64,000 nucleotides of DNA from an uncultured bacterium (GTDB lineage Bacteria; Krumholzibacteriota; Krumholzibacteriia; LZORAL124-64-63). The stretch is taken from the NCBI GenBank assembly GCA_963732385.1, contig CAVSZB010000003.1, positions 288,985 to 352,984 on the forward strand. Reading direction: 5' to 3'. Position 1 is the stretch's first letter. Each line of letters starts with the position of its first letter. Made by a program: the position numbers and the translations under genes. Under the pieces are notes generated by a model, which did not search any database, was not told the DNA's origin, and saw only the letters and a program-made list of their open reading frames with translations. Positions 47,968 through 58,166 of this stretch are shown one piece after another.

Positions 47968-49125
47968 ATGGAGACCAGTCTGATCGGTCCGGCCAGTCCG
48001 CTGGGCTCCCCTGCCCCGTACTGGTTCCTGGTCGGCTTCAAGGCGCTGGGGCTGGCGCTGCACCTGTTGCCGATGCACCTCTGGTTCGCCGGCATCCTGG
48101 TCATGCTGCTGCTGCGCCGCGGGACCGACCCGCAGGCCGGGCGCCTGAGTGACCGGATCATGAGCCAGATGCCGGTGATCGTGGCGGTCGGCGTGAACCT
48201 CGGCATCGTGCCGCTGCTGTTCACGCAGGTGGCGTACTACCGTGTCTTCTATCCGGCCGGCGTGCTCATGGCGTGGCCTTGGTTCATGGTGGTTCCGCTG
48301 CTGTGCCTCGCCTACTACGGCGTCTACGCCTATGCTTTCGGGGTGCGCGCGGGGCGGCTGGCGCCATGGCGCGGGGCGGCAGGCTGGACGGCCTGCGCCT
48401 TCTTCATCGTGATCGGCTGGCTGTTCACCAACCTGTTCGCGCTGATGGTCAACGTGCCGGCATGGCGTCGTCTGTGGGCCGCCACCAGCCTGGCGGGCGC
48501 CCCGCTCGGCATCGCGTTCGACACCGCCGATCCGACGCTCTGGCCCCGCTGGCTGATGATGTTCGGTCTCGCCATCACCACGACGGCGGCCTGGGTGGCG
48601 TTCGACGCCGGCGTGTTCGCCGGGGGCGAAGCGGTCGCTTACCGGCGCTGGGCGCGGGGTTTTGCGCTGCGCCTCCACACGGTGGGGATCGTCTGGTTCG
48701 CGGCGGCCGGTTCCTGGTACCTCTTCGGCGCGCTCAACCCGGGTATTCGCGCCCGGCTCACGAACGGTCCGCTGCTGCTGCTCACCGCACTGACCGCCCT
48801 GAGCCCCGGTCTGGTCTGGCTGCTGCTCCTGCTGACGGCGCGGCGCCGGGACGGCGCCCACGCCCACGCCTGGGGGCTCGCGCTGCTGGGTATGCAGTTC
48901 CTTGTGCTGGCCCTGAACGTTGTCAGTCGGCAGATCGTGCAGAACCGCGAACTGCGCCCGTTTCTCGACGTGACCTCCGAGCTGGTCCGCGCGCAGACCG
49001 GTCCGCTCCTGCTGTTCCTCGGGCTGTTCGTGGCGGGGGTGGGCGTCGTGATCTGGATGCTGCGACAGGCGGTGCGCGCCGACCGGTCGGCGCGCGCATC
49101 CCACCGGACCGCACCGATCGCCTAG
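47968..49125 (+). CDS. Polytopic membrane protein (~385 aa); possible partner subunit (CydB-like in size) of the preceding bd-like protein.
   Basis: GAGGAGGA RBS. It is entirely hydrophobic-helical with 8-10 predicted TM helices. It starts 29 bp after the previous gene's stop. Confidence 0.4.
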   Translation: METSLIGPASPLGSPAPYWFLVGFKALGLALHLLPMHLWFAGILVMLLLRRGTDPQAGRLSDRIMSQMPVIVAVGVNLGIVPLLFTQVAYYRVFYPAGVLMAWPWFMVVPLLCLAYYGVYAYAFGVRAGRLAPWRGAAGWTACAFFIVIGWLFTNLFALMVNVPAWRRLWAATSLAGAPLGIAFDTADPTLWPRWLMMFGLAITTTAAWVAFDAGVFAGGEAVAYRRWARGFALRLHTVGIVWFAAAGSWYLFGALNPGIRARLTNGPLLLLTALTALSPGLVWLLLLLTARRRDGAHAHAWGLALLGMQFLVLALNVVSRQIVQNRELRPFLDVTSELVRAQTGPLLLFLGLFVAGVGVVIWMLRQAVRADRSARASHRTAPIA

Positions 49126-49799
49126 CCCCCGACGATTTCCGGCGGATGCACCTCCGCCTCGGCGCGAAAGCCGCTGATCAGCGTGTCGAAGTACGTCTCC
49201 ACCCGGCGGGCCGCCAACTCCGGATCGCGGTTCTGGCAGGCGTCGGCCAGGTCGCGAAGGCAGCTCTCGGCGAGGCGCCGGAGATTGTCGCTCATGTACA
49301 GATACACGCGGTAACGACGGCTCCGCATCTGCAGCGCTTCCAGCAGTCTCATCAGGCGCGGGCGATCGGGCGCATTGAACAGAAGCGCGTGGAATTCCGA
49401 GATGAGCGCGCCCCAGCGGTGACCGTCCGGCTCGATCTCCATCGCCGCCAGCAGGTCGGTCAGACGTTGCAGGTCGGCATCCGAGAGGCGGGGCAGCGTC
49501 CGGCGCACCGCAAGCTGCAACAGGGCGCTGCGCATCTCCGCGATTTCCACGCCGTCTTCCACCGTGATCGGAGTGACGATCGCCCCGCGATACGGCTGGA
49601 TCTCGACATACTCCTCGGCTTCGAGTCGTCGCAATGCCTCGCGCAGCGGAATGCGGCTGACCTCGAACTGTTTTGCCAGATCCGCTTCCCGCAGCGCTCG
49701 CCCCGGGGTGTAGACCTGGGTGATGATGTTCTCGCGGATGGTTTCAGCCAGGTGCGTCGCAAGCGTGCAGTGGCCGGCCGGATGGTCGCGTGTGGACAT
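49122..49799 (-). CDS. GntR-family transcriptional regulator (FadR-like C-terminal domain).
   Basis: MSTRDHPAGHCTLATHLAETIRENIITQVYTPGRALREADLAKQFEVSRIPLREALRRLEAEEYV is the GntR wHTH, followed by an all-helical FCD-type domain. Confidence 0.8.
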   Translation of the reverse strand: MSTRDHPAGHCTLATHLAETIRENIITQVYTPGRALREADLAKQFEVSRIPLREALRRLEAEEYVEIQPYRGAIVTPITVEDGVEIAEMRSALLQLAVRRTLPRLSDADLQRLTDLLAAMEIEPDGHRWGALISEFHALLFNAPDRPRLMRLLEALQMRSRRYRVYLYMSDNLRRLAESCLRDLADACQNRDPELAARRVETYFDTLISGFRAEAEVHPPEIVGG

Positions 49800-49962
49800 G
49801 TCGCCCCCATGTCTATTGAAAGAGAGCAGGCCGTTCCGAGACGGCCTGTGGCGCCGGCGTCCCGCGTCTATATCCGTCCGCTGGGCGATAGCGGTCGGGA
49901 TCGCGGGAGCGCCGGCGCGCGGATTCGCCATGGGCGAGGGCGTGGACGATCCGACATGTAAT

Positions 49963-49974
49963 ATTGTATACAAT
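49963..49974. promoter_or_regulatory. Perfect 12 bp palindrome ATTGTATACAAT; candidate GntR-family operator.
   Basis: It fits the GntR-family half-site logic (t.GT...AC.a). It lies ~165 bp upstream of the gntR-like gene and ~190 bp upstream of the divergent CPBP protease gene. Confidence 0.4.
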
Positions 49975-50163
49975 CCGTCGCAACAGGGCAAGATTATATT
50001 CCAGGCTTGGGTGATCTAGTTTTCTGTAGGGGACGATAATGCTATTGTTTTTCCCTTCGCCGGTGGGCGCGAGGTGCCCGTCACCCTGGCCGGTTGACCC
50101 CGCGAAGGGAGATGCGGTCCGCCCTGCGTCGGCCGACACTGGCTCGCCACAAACCGCCGGGCT

Positions 50164-50973
50164 ATGATTCCTCTCATGAAGATGACGCGCCGATATCTGG
50201 CCCTGTTCGCCTTCGCGGCGGCAACTGTCCTGCTGATTCCCGCGGCCCGCTTCGGCTCCGGCGCCATGGTCTGGGCAGTGGCTCTGCTGCTGGCGCTGCG
50301 CGACCCCGAGCCGGCGTTCCGGCGACGGATGGGCTTGCTGCTCGGCGTGATCGCGTTGCTCGCCGCCGCGCCGATCCACACCGCGCTCGACAACCTGCAT
50401 TTCGCCAGGCTGGGGGCGTTTTTCCTTGCGGTGGTGGTGGGGCCGGCGCTGATATTGCGGCGCACCGACCCGGGGCTGCTCGAATTCCGGCTGTGGCCGC
50501 GGCGGCTGCGGTGGCAGGACTTCGTCTACACGGCGCTCTCAGTGCCGCTCGCCTGGGCCGTGATCCGGCTGTACTTCCTCCACCTGACCCCGGAGATGCC
50601 GACCCACTGGTGGCTGCCGGCGCAGCCGGGCCACGACGGGATCTGGCGCCTGATCGTCGGCATCAACTGCGTCGGAATCTGGGACGAGTTGTTCTTCGTC
50701 AACACCGTGTACGCCCTGCTGCGTTCGCTCTTCCCGCGGCGCGTGGCCAACGCGGCGCAGGCGGTCGTCTACACGTCGGTGCTCTACGACATGGCTTTCA
50801 CCGGCGCCGGACCGGTCATCGTGTACCTGTTCGCGCTGACGCAGGGGGCGATGTACGAAGGGTCGCGCTCGTTGCTGTGGGTGCTGGTCGTCCACCTGAT
50901 CGTGGACTTTTTCCTGGTCGCGGCCATTCTGCACCACTACTACGGGCCGGCCGTGTCTCACCTGGTGTTCTGA
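50164..50973 (+). CDS. CPBP-family (CAAX protease/Abi) intramembrane glutamic-type metalloprotease.
   Basis: GIWDELFFVNTVYALLRSLF (the EExxxR-like motif region), followed by FTGAGP...HLIVDFF (the His-containing motif); 6-8 TM helices. Confidence 0.65.
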   Translation: MIPLMKMTRRYLALFAFAAATVLLIPAARFGSGAMVWAVALLLALRDPEPAFRRRMGLLLGVIALLAAAPIHTALDNLHFARLGAFFLAVVVGPALILRRTDPGLLEFRLWPRRLRWQDFVYTALSVPLAWAVIRLYFLHLTPEMPTHWWLPAQPGHDGIWRLIVGINCVGIWDELFFVNTVYALLRSLFPRRVANAAQAVVYTSVLYDMAFTGAGPVIVYLFALTQGAMYEGSRSLLWVLVVHLIVDFFLVAAILHHYYGPAVSHLVF

Positions 50974-51010
50974 GCGACGGAGCGGTGGGCGCGGTCGCCA
51001 GGCGGCGCGG

Positions 51011-51727
51011 TCAGGGGCGCCGAAACGCGAAGACGCTGCCGCCCGGTGCGTCTGTGCGGAACGGCGCGCCGGCGAAGTCCCCCCAGTGTCCCTGTTCGAC
51101 GAAGCCGGCCGCTGTGTGCAGGCGCCGGACCTCGTCGGCGCACACCGGGAAGAGGTCGACTTCGCCCTCGAATACGATGCGGTCAGGGAACGCCAGGCGG
51201 GTGGCGAAACGCAGCCGCTGCGGTGTGAGGTCGAGATAGGCGCGGGAAAACAGGGCGCCGTCAGGCAGGGAGCGTTCGGGGAAGCGGAACTCCGGCCGGC
51301 CCAGACCCAGGATGTGGTCCCAGTTGACGGTCTGCTGCACCCAGATACCGCCGGGCGACAGGGCGGCGTGGAGCTTCGCCAGCAGGCTCGGCAGCCGAGC
51401 CGGCGGAACGTGCGCAAGCACGTTGCCGATGCTGTACACCAGGTCGTACCGGCCGGAGACCTGGTCGAGATCGAGCAGGTCGAGCGCGTGGAAGCGGACC
51501 GCGGGGTAGGCGCGCGCGGCGGCCGCGATCATGGCGGGGTCGAGGTCCAGGCCGACTGCCGCGTGGCCGGTGGCGGCGAAACGGCCGCAGTAGTGCCCCG
51601 TGCCGCAGCCGAGGTCGAGCACGCGGCGCGCGCCGGGGGCGAGCCGGACCGCCAGGAACGCGAAGACCGGCTCCCGGAACGGGAAGACCGCCTCGTAGTG
51701 CGCGGCGAAATCTGAGTAGAAGGACAT
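51011..51727 (-). CDS. Class I SAM-dependent methyltransferase.
   Basis: RVLDLGCGTGHY (motif I GxGxG)...VGLDLDPAMI...YDLVYSIGNVLAHV. Confidence 0.8.
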   Translation of the reverse strand: MSFYSDFAAHYEAVFPFREPVFAFLAVRLAPGARRVLDLGCGTGHYCGRFAATGHAAVGLDLDPAMIAAAARAYPAVRFHALDLLDLDQVSGRYDLVYSIGNVLAHVPPARLPSLLAKLHAALSPGGIWVQQTVNWDHILGLGRPEFRFPERSLPDGALFSRAYLDLTPQRLRFATRLAFPDRIVFEGEVDLFPVCADEVRRLHTAAGFVEQGHWGDFAGAPFRTDAPGGSVFAFRRP

Positions 51728-51880
51728 CGGAACGTCGGCCTCCCGGTGCTCGCGCGCCTGCTCGCACGGCCCCCGCCTTGCGCAGGGGGATCTTGCCCAC
51801 GCGCAGAGCCGTTCATATTGTACAGTCGACCTGGCGGGAGCGCTGCGGCTCGCCCGGAAACACCGCCGACCGGAGGCCGC

Positions 51881-52882
51881 ATGAAGCCCGATTTCTGGCC
51901 CGAGCTGCCGCAACCCTTTTTCTGTCTTGCCCCCATGGAGGACGTGACCGACACCGTCTTCCGCGAAATCGTGCTGCAGGAATCGGCGCCCGGCTGCCTG
52001 CACGTCCTCTTCACGGAGTTCACTTCGACCGACGGACTCTGTCATCCCAAGGCCCGCGCCCGGGTGGCGCTGCGCCTGCGGGTGAACGAAAGCGAGCGAC
52101 GCCTGCTGCGCGAGCGCGGCGCGAAGATCGTGGCGCAGATCTGGGGGAACAACCCGGAGAAGTACCGCCAGGCCGTGCGCCTGATCCGCGACGAGATGGA
52201 CTTCGACGGCATCGATGTCAACATGGGGTGCCCGGTGAAGGAGGTCGTCAGGCGGGGCAGCTGCGCCGCCCTGATCGGCGATCCCGAGCGCGCGAAAGAG
52301 ATCGTGCTCGCCGCGAAGGAGGAGGCCGACGTTCCGGTGAGCGTGAAGACCCGCACCGGCCTGAACGAGCATGTCACCGAGAGCTGGATCAGCCACCTGC
52401 TCGACGTCGCACCCGCCGCGATCATCCTGCACGGCCGCACGCAGAAGGCGCTGTCGAAGCTCCCCGCCGACTGGGACGAGATCGCCAAGGCGGTGCGTCT
52501 GCGCGATGCGCGCGGCTCGACCACGGTCATCGCCGGCAACGGCGATGTGGCCTCGCTGACCGACGCGCGGGTGAAGGCGGCTGCCTCGGGCGTGGCCGGG
52601 GTGATGGTGGGCCGGGGGATCTTCCGCGATCCGTGGTTCTTCCGCGACCGGCCCCCGGAGGCGACGCGCGAGGAGCGGCTGGACCTGCTGTGGCGCCACA
52701 CCCGGCTGTTCGCCGAGACGTGGGGCGACACCAAGCATTTTCCTATCCTCAAGAAGTTCTACCGGATCTACGCTTCAGGTTTCCCCGATGCCTCGGGGCT
52801 GCGCGTACGTCTGATGGCGGCGTCGAATCCCGCCGACGTGCGCGCAGCCCTCGACGCCTGTGCCGGCGTTGGAGAGGCCTAG
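51881..52882 (+). CDS. dus: tRNA-dihydrouridine synthase (Dus family, TIM-barrel flavoenzyme).
   Basis: FCLAPMEDVTDTVFREI...IWGNNPE...IDVNMGCPVKEV...SVKTRTG...ILHGRTQKA is the Dus signature, including the catalytic Cys in NMGCP. Confidence 0.85.
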   Translation: MKPDFWPELPQPFFCLAPMEDVTDTVFREIVLQESAPGCLHVLFTEFTSTDGLCHPKARARVALRLRVNESERRLLRERGAKIVAQIWGNNPEKYRQAVRLIRDEMDFDGIDVNMGCPVKEVVRRGSCAALIGDPERAKEIVLAAKEEADVPVSVKTRTGLNEHVTESWISHLLDVAPAAIILHGRTQKALSKLPADWDEIAKAVRLRDARGSTTVIAGNGDVASLTDARVKAAASGVAGVMVGRGIFRDPWFFRDRPPEATREERLDLLWRHTRLFAETWGDTKHFPILKKFYRIYASGFPDASGLRVRLMAASNPADVRAALDACAGVGEA

Positions 52883-53625
52883 AACCCGCCCGCCAGCACC
52901 ACGCCGAACAGGATGTTGTCCGGCTCGGCCGCCGCGTCGCGCAGTTCCGTGGTGAGCAGGGCCGTGTAGCCGAGCGTCGGCCGCACGGTCAGCAGCGGCG
53001 TGACCGCGATGTCCATGGAGAGCGTCAGGCCGGCGTCAGTCGGGCCGGCGGTCGGCGCGCCGTAGTTGTAGCCGTTGTGCTTCTCGTCGCCCCAGCCGAG
53101 CGATGCGGCCAGATCGAGCGCCGTGGTCCCGATCGGCAGTGCGTGACCGACGCCGAACAGCACATAGGTGCCTTCGCTTTCGTCGATGTCGCGATAGATC
53201 CCGAGAGAGGGGGAGGCCAGAACGCCGACGCTCCCGCTGACGAACAACTCGGTCGTCGCCGCGAAGTCGTCCTGCGGGAAGGCGTAGTGCAGGGCGCCGG
53301 CCGAGAGTTCCACCAGCGCCACGCCCAGGGTATAGGCGGCCGTATAGTCGATCTCGCTGAGATTGTTCTGGTGGTCGTTCACATCGTCGAGGTCCAGGTT
53401 GCCCCACGCGCTGACCTCGAACCCGCCCAGGCCGAGCGCGACATTTGGCTGGACGACCCAGCCGTCGGTCATCACGCCGCCCCGCCACAAATACTTGTTC
53501 AGCACCGCGGCCTCGGCCGAGATACTGGGGGTCAGCTGGGCCGCCACGTTCGTCGCCAGGCACAGGCAGACTGTCAGACAGGCGAGGCTGCCCGTTGTCC
53601 GGCGGAGAGCGCAATTCCTGTTCAT
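52879..53625 (-). CDS. Small outer-membrane beta-barrel protein (~248 aa) with a signal peptide.
   Basis: SLACLTVCLCLATNVAAQ signal peptide. An alternating pattern and a C-terminal ...LFGVVLAGGF. Confidence 0.5.
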   Translation of the reverse strand: MNRNCALRRTTGSLACLTVCLCLATNVAAQLTPSISAEAAVLNKYLWRGGVMTDGWVVQPNVALGLGGFEVSAWGNLDLDDVNDHQNNLSEIDYTAAYTLGVALVELSAGALHYAFPQDDFAATTELFVSGSVGVLASPSLGIYRDIDESEGTYVLFGVGHALPIGTTALDLAASLGWGDEKHNGYNYGAPTAGPTDAGLTLSMDIAVTPLLTVRPTLGYTALLTTELRDAAAEPDNILFGVVLAGGF

Positions 53626-53818
53626 GATTCGATCCTCCCTGAAAACCGTTCGCCGCCAGGCATTGCGCCCGCACCGACCCGGCCCGGCCGCTGGTGCAAC
53701 GCCTGCCGCACTGATTCCGGATTATCGGTCAGGCGGGAAAAGAGTTGAGCCGGTGTTTCCGCCGGCTCAACGAACCAATGGCAACGCCGGCTCTCGTCCG
53801 GACAGGCTGAACGACGCC

Positions 53819-54607
53819 CTACTGCCCGTCGCCCGGCTGTTCCGCCGGGCGCGACTCCTCCGCCGGAGGCGCGTCAACGGGCGGCGCCATCATTGCCGGC
53901 GGCGGCGACGCGGCGGCGCGCGAACAGTCGGGGGAAAGCACGGCGTCCGCCGGGGTGTATTGTCCGGCGCGGCCCTCGGCGTCGGTCAGCGTCAGGATTC
54001 CGTTCTCGATCCGGAAAGATGCCTTGCGCGCGGGGGCCTCCGCCAGCCGCAGTTCGACCGAGTCGGCGGTCACCGTGTAGGTTCCCTCGATCGTCTGCAT
54101 CGGCAGCCGGAAATAGAAGGCGCCGCCGGGCGCGTAGGCTTCGTAGGCCGAGGCGCCGGCAGGATGACGATAGGTCCAGGTTCCGGACACCAAAGTGCCC
54201 TTGACCTGCCTGCCGCTGCGGACCAGCACCTGCTGCCGGCCCTCGACGGTCGGGATGATCGTCAGGGTGTCGCCCTGGACGCGGAAGCCGGTCACGCGGG
54301 ATTGCCCTGCGCTGTCGCCCACCGCGACCGTCAGCTGATCGCCGGCGACGGTGTACTTGCCGTCCACCATGGCCCCGACGGTGTAGTAGACCTTGTTGTC
54401 GGCGGTCATCTCCATCGTGTTGCCGATCGCCCCCTGGGAGCGCTCCACGGACTCCCAGCGTCCGACGAGCCCCTTGTTCGCGCCGCCGGCTTTGCCGCCC
54501 TTGCCACTGCACGACGAGAGACCGACCGCCAGCAACAACGTCAGCAGCGACAGCAGAAGCGGGCGAACAGGAACTGAAAGCGACCAGCGACAATGCGCCC
54601 CGGACAT
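53819..54607 (-). CDS. Lipoprotein, function unknown.
   Basis: MSGAHCRWSLSVPVRPLLLSLLTLLLAVGLSSCSGKG has a lipobox. Beta-rich body and a Pro-rich C-terminal tail. Confidence 0.5.
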   Translation of the reverse strand: MSGAHCRWSLSVPVRPLLLSLLTLLLAVGLSSCSGKGGKAGGANKGLVGRWESVERSQGAIGNTMEMTADNKVYYTVGAMVDGKYTVAGDQLTVAVGDSAGQSRVTGFRVQGDTLTIIPTVEGRQQVLVRSGRQVKGTLVSGTWTYRHPAGASAYEAYAPGGAFYFRLPMQTIEGTYTVTADSVELRLAEAPARKASFRIENGILTLTDAEGRAGQYTPADAVLSPDCSRAAASPPPAMMAPPVDAPPAEESRPAEQPGDGQ

Positions 54608-54978
54608 GGCGGCGACCTCCGGAAACGGGTGGCAGGCATGGCGAGATCGGCCCCGCGCTCCACGTCTCGAGGCGCGCGCGCGAGAAGTGCCAATAGTAGG
54701 CCGGAGAGGGGGGCGGCGCCACGGCAATTCCGGGCGGGACCGGTGGCGGCGGTGAGCAGGGACACGGGCAGCTCCGTTCTCAAGGTGGCGCGCGTGGTCC
54801 CGCGCGGAGTAGGATCGGCCCGTTCGGGCGGTGCGTTCGCGACTTCCCCCCGCTTTCCCGCCCGGACAGGCCGCGTGCCGTCCCTGGAGGTGCCATGGTT
54901 CCGCCGCCGGAGCTCCGGATCCTGGGTCGCAGATGCGCCTGGGGCGCCACACGGTCCGTCCGCGCCGGCAGGTACGCC

Positions 54979-56787
54979 ATGCCGTGGGCGCTGGTCGTGC
55001 TCGTCGCAATCTTCGCGGGCGCCGCGCCGGTTGATCCGGCTGCTCCGGCCGCTCCGCTTGCCCCGCCGCCCGGCGTGCCCGACTCCCTAGTCACCTGCTT
55101 CGAGCGCTCGGGCGGCACGGAGACCCCGCGCTACGACGAAGCGGTCGCATGGTGCCGCACCCTGGATGCCGCCTCGTCCCGGGTCACGTACACGACCTTC
55201 GGCGTGAGCCCGCAGGGGCGACCGCTGCCGCTCGTGATCGTCGACCGCGACGGTCTGGCCACGCCGGCCGCGGCGCGCGCGGCCGGCCGCGCGGTCGTCT
55301 GGGTGCAGGCCTGCATCCACGCCGGCGAGCCGGACGGCAAGGACGCCGGCTTCCTGCTGCTGCGGGACCTGGCCGTGACCCGGCGCCTCGACCGTCTGCT
55401 CGACGGTGTGACGCTCCTGTTCCTGCCGATCTTCAACGTGGACGGCCACGAGCGTTGCGGCCCGTACAACCGCATCAACCAGGACGGCCCCCTGGAGATG
55501 GGGTGGCGCACCACCGCGGCCGGCCTCAATCTCAATCGCGACCATCTGAAGGCCGACACGCCGGAAATTCAGGCGTGGCTGCGGCTGTTTACCGCCTGGC
55601 TGCCCGACCTGCTGGTGGACTGCCACGTCACCGACGGCGCCGATTACCAGTATGTTCTCACCTACGCCCTCGAAACGTGCGGCAATCTCGACGCCGGACT
55701 GACTGCCTGGACCCGGGACGAATTCCTCGCGTCGCTGCAGCACGCGCTCGCGGCGCGCGACCTGGAGATGGCCCCCTATGTGATGTTCCGCGAGTGGCAC
55801 GACCCGCGCAGTGGCCTCAGGGCCGGCGCCGCTCCGCCGCGGTTCATGACCGGCTACGCAGCCCAGCAGAATCGTCCGGCCCTGCTGCTCGAGACGCACA
55901 TGATGAAGGACTACCGCACGCGCGTGGCGGCGACCCGCGCCGTTCTCGATGAGGTGCTCGGCGTGGTGGCGCGCGACCATGTCCGTCTGCGGCGGCTCAC
56001 CGCGGCGGCCGACAGCGCCGTCGCCGCCCCCGCCTTCCGCGCGACGCCATTCCCGCTCGAGTTCGAAGCCACGTCCGACAGCACGCTGATCGACTTCCGC
56101 GGCGTGGCGTTCGACGTCGTCACCAGCGACCTGACCGGCGGACCGTGGGTCCGCTATGACCGGAGCCGCCCGCTCGTCTGGCGCGTGCCGTATTTCGACG
56201 ACGTGCATCCGTCCGTCAGCGTGCAGCTGCCGGCGGCCTACGTCATTCCCCCGGAGTGGGAGGATCTCACGCAGCGCCTGCTGCTGCACGGCGTGGCGGC
56301 GCGTCGCCTCGAGCGCGATACCGCGCTGCCGGTGGCGGCTCAGCGCCTGAGCGCCGCGAAGTGGCGGGAAAAGCCGTACGAGGGGCGTCACACGCTCACC
56401 TGTACCGTGGAGGAATTCGCCGAGACGCGCCTCTTCCCGGCCGGCAGCGCGGTGATCGACCTCGGCCAGCGCACGGCGCGCGTCATCGCGCACGCGCTCG
56501 AACCGGCCGGCCCCGACGCCTTCGTGCGCTGGGGTTTCTGCGATGCGATCTTCGAGCAGAAGGAGTACGCCGAAGCCTACGTGATGGAGGTCAAGGCGCG
56601 CGAGATGCTGGCCGCCGACCCGGCGCTGCGGGCGGAGTTCGCGGCCGCTCAGGCGGCCGATCCGGAGTTCGCGCAGGATCAGGACGCCATGCTCAACTGG
56701 TTCTTCCAGCGCACCCCGTGGTGGGACCAGCGGATCGGCGTCTACCCGGTCGGGCGGATCATGAATGGGGCGGATGTGCCGCAGTGA
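54979..56787 (+). CDS. M14-family zinc carboxypeptidase-like protein (secreted).
   Basis: Signal peptide MPWALVVLVAIFAGAAP. ...VWVQACIHAGEPDG... (HxxE zinc motif) and NVDGHER. Long C-terminal extension. Confidence 0.65.
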   Translation: MPWALVVLVAIFAGAAPVDPAAPAAPLAPPPGVPDSLVTCFERSGGTETPRYDEAVAWCRTLDAASSRVTYTTFGVSPQGRPLPLVIVDRDGLATPAAARAAGRAVVWVQACIHAGEPDGKDAGFLLLRDLAVTRRLDRLLDGVTLLFLPIFNVDGHERCGPYNRINQDGPLEMGWRTTAAGLNLNRDHLKADTPEIQAWLRLFTAWLPDLLVDCHVTDGADYQYVLTYALETCGNLDAGLTAWTRDEFLASLQHALAARDLEMAPYVMFREWHDPRSGLRAGAAPPRFMTGYAAQQNRPALLLETHMMKDYRTRVAATRAVLDEVLGVVARDHVRLRRLTAAADSAVAAPAFRATPFPLEFEATSDSTLIDFRGVAFDVVTSDLTGGPWVRYDRSRPLVWRVPYFDDVHPSVSVQLPAAYVIPPEWEDLTQRLLLHGVAARRLERDTALPVAAQRLSAAKWREKPYEGRHTLTCTVEEFAETRLFPAGSAVIDLGQRTARVIAHALEPAGPDAFVRWGFCDAIFEQKEYAEAYVMEVKAREMLAADPALRAEFAAAQAADPEFAQDQDAMLNWFFQRTPWWDQRIGVYPVGRIMNGADVPQ

Positions 56788-56857
56788 GAGGGGCGCGGCA
56801 GGACACCGGCGCCACAGGCACGAAGGCGTTGGCGTCGTCGTCAGTGGCCCGAAGGTG

Positions 56858-57415
<558 letters not shown>

Positions 57416-57480
57416 GGGCACACGAGTATGTCGAAGCGGTCCGGTCCGCCAGCCGCCACCGCCAAAACATATATCTGACC

Positions 57481-57505
57481 GAACCTTCCCCGTGCCGCGT
57501 GCGTC
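57481..57505 (+). promoter_or_regulatory. ECF-type promoter candidate GAACC-N17-CGTC upstream of the ECF sigma gene (autoregulatory).
   Basis: ccgaaccttccccgtgccgcgtgcgtcc, ~75 bp upstream of the sigma ATG. Confidence 0.4.
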
Positions 57506-57579
57506 CCGGGGAGCAGGATGGCGAAGCGGACCGATCCCGGCCGACCGGGATGACGAGACCGAGAAGACCGAGGAGACCG

Positions 57580-58146
57580 ATGGAGCTGCCCGAACTGCTC
57601 GCGCGCTGTCGCCATGGCGACGAGCTGGCCTGGGAGGAGCTGATCCGTCAGCACCAGGCCCGGGTCTACGGGATCGCCCTCGGGTACACCGGCAACGCGG
57701 AGGAGGCGAGGGACGTGGCGCAGGAGGTGTTCGTGCGGGTCTGGAAACGGCTCGACCGCTGCCCCGACCCGGCGCTGTTCCAGCCCTGGTTGATCCGCGT
57801 GGCGCGCAACGCCTGCGTGGATCACCTGCGTCGCCGCAAGGCGCGGCCGCCGGCGCAGGATGTCCCGGCCGACGAGCTGCGGCATCTCGCCTCCGCCGCG
57901 CCGACCCCCGCCGAGGCCTACGACGCCGAATCGCGCCGCCGCCTGGTCTACCGGGCGCTGCAGGCGCTGAGCGAAATCAACCGCGAGATGATCCTGCTCA
58001 AGGATGTGCAGGGACTCGCGCTCGAAGAGATCGCGTCGATGCTGAACGTTCCCCTCGGGACGGTCAAGTCGCGCACGAATCGCGCCCGTCTCGAGTTGGC
58101 GCGGGCGGTCATGGCGATCGAGGGCGGCTCCGCCGCCGGCGTCTGA
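57580..58146 (+). CDS. ECF (sigma-70 region 2 plus region 4) RNA polymerase sigma factor.
   Basis: GAGGAG RBS. MELPELLARCRHGDELAWEELIRQHQARVYGIAL...VAQEVFVRVWKRL...ILLKDVQGLALEEIASMLNVPLGTVKSRTNRAR. Confidence 0.85.
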   Translation: MELPELLARCRHGDELAWEELIRQHQARVYGIALGYTGNAEEARDVAQEVFVRVWKRLDRCPDPALFQPWLIRVARNACVDHLRRRKARPPAQDVPADELRHLASAAPTPAEAYDAESRRRLVYRALQALSEINREMILLKDVQGLALEEIASMLNVPLGTVKSRTNRARLELARAVMAIEGGSAAGV

Positions 58147-58166
58147 CCAGGGAGAGGAGGCACGTC

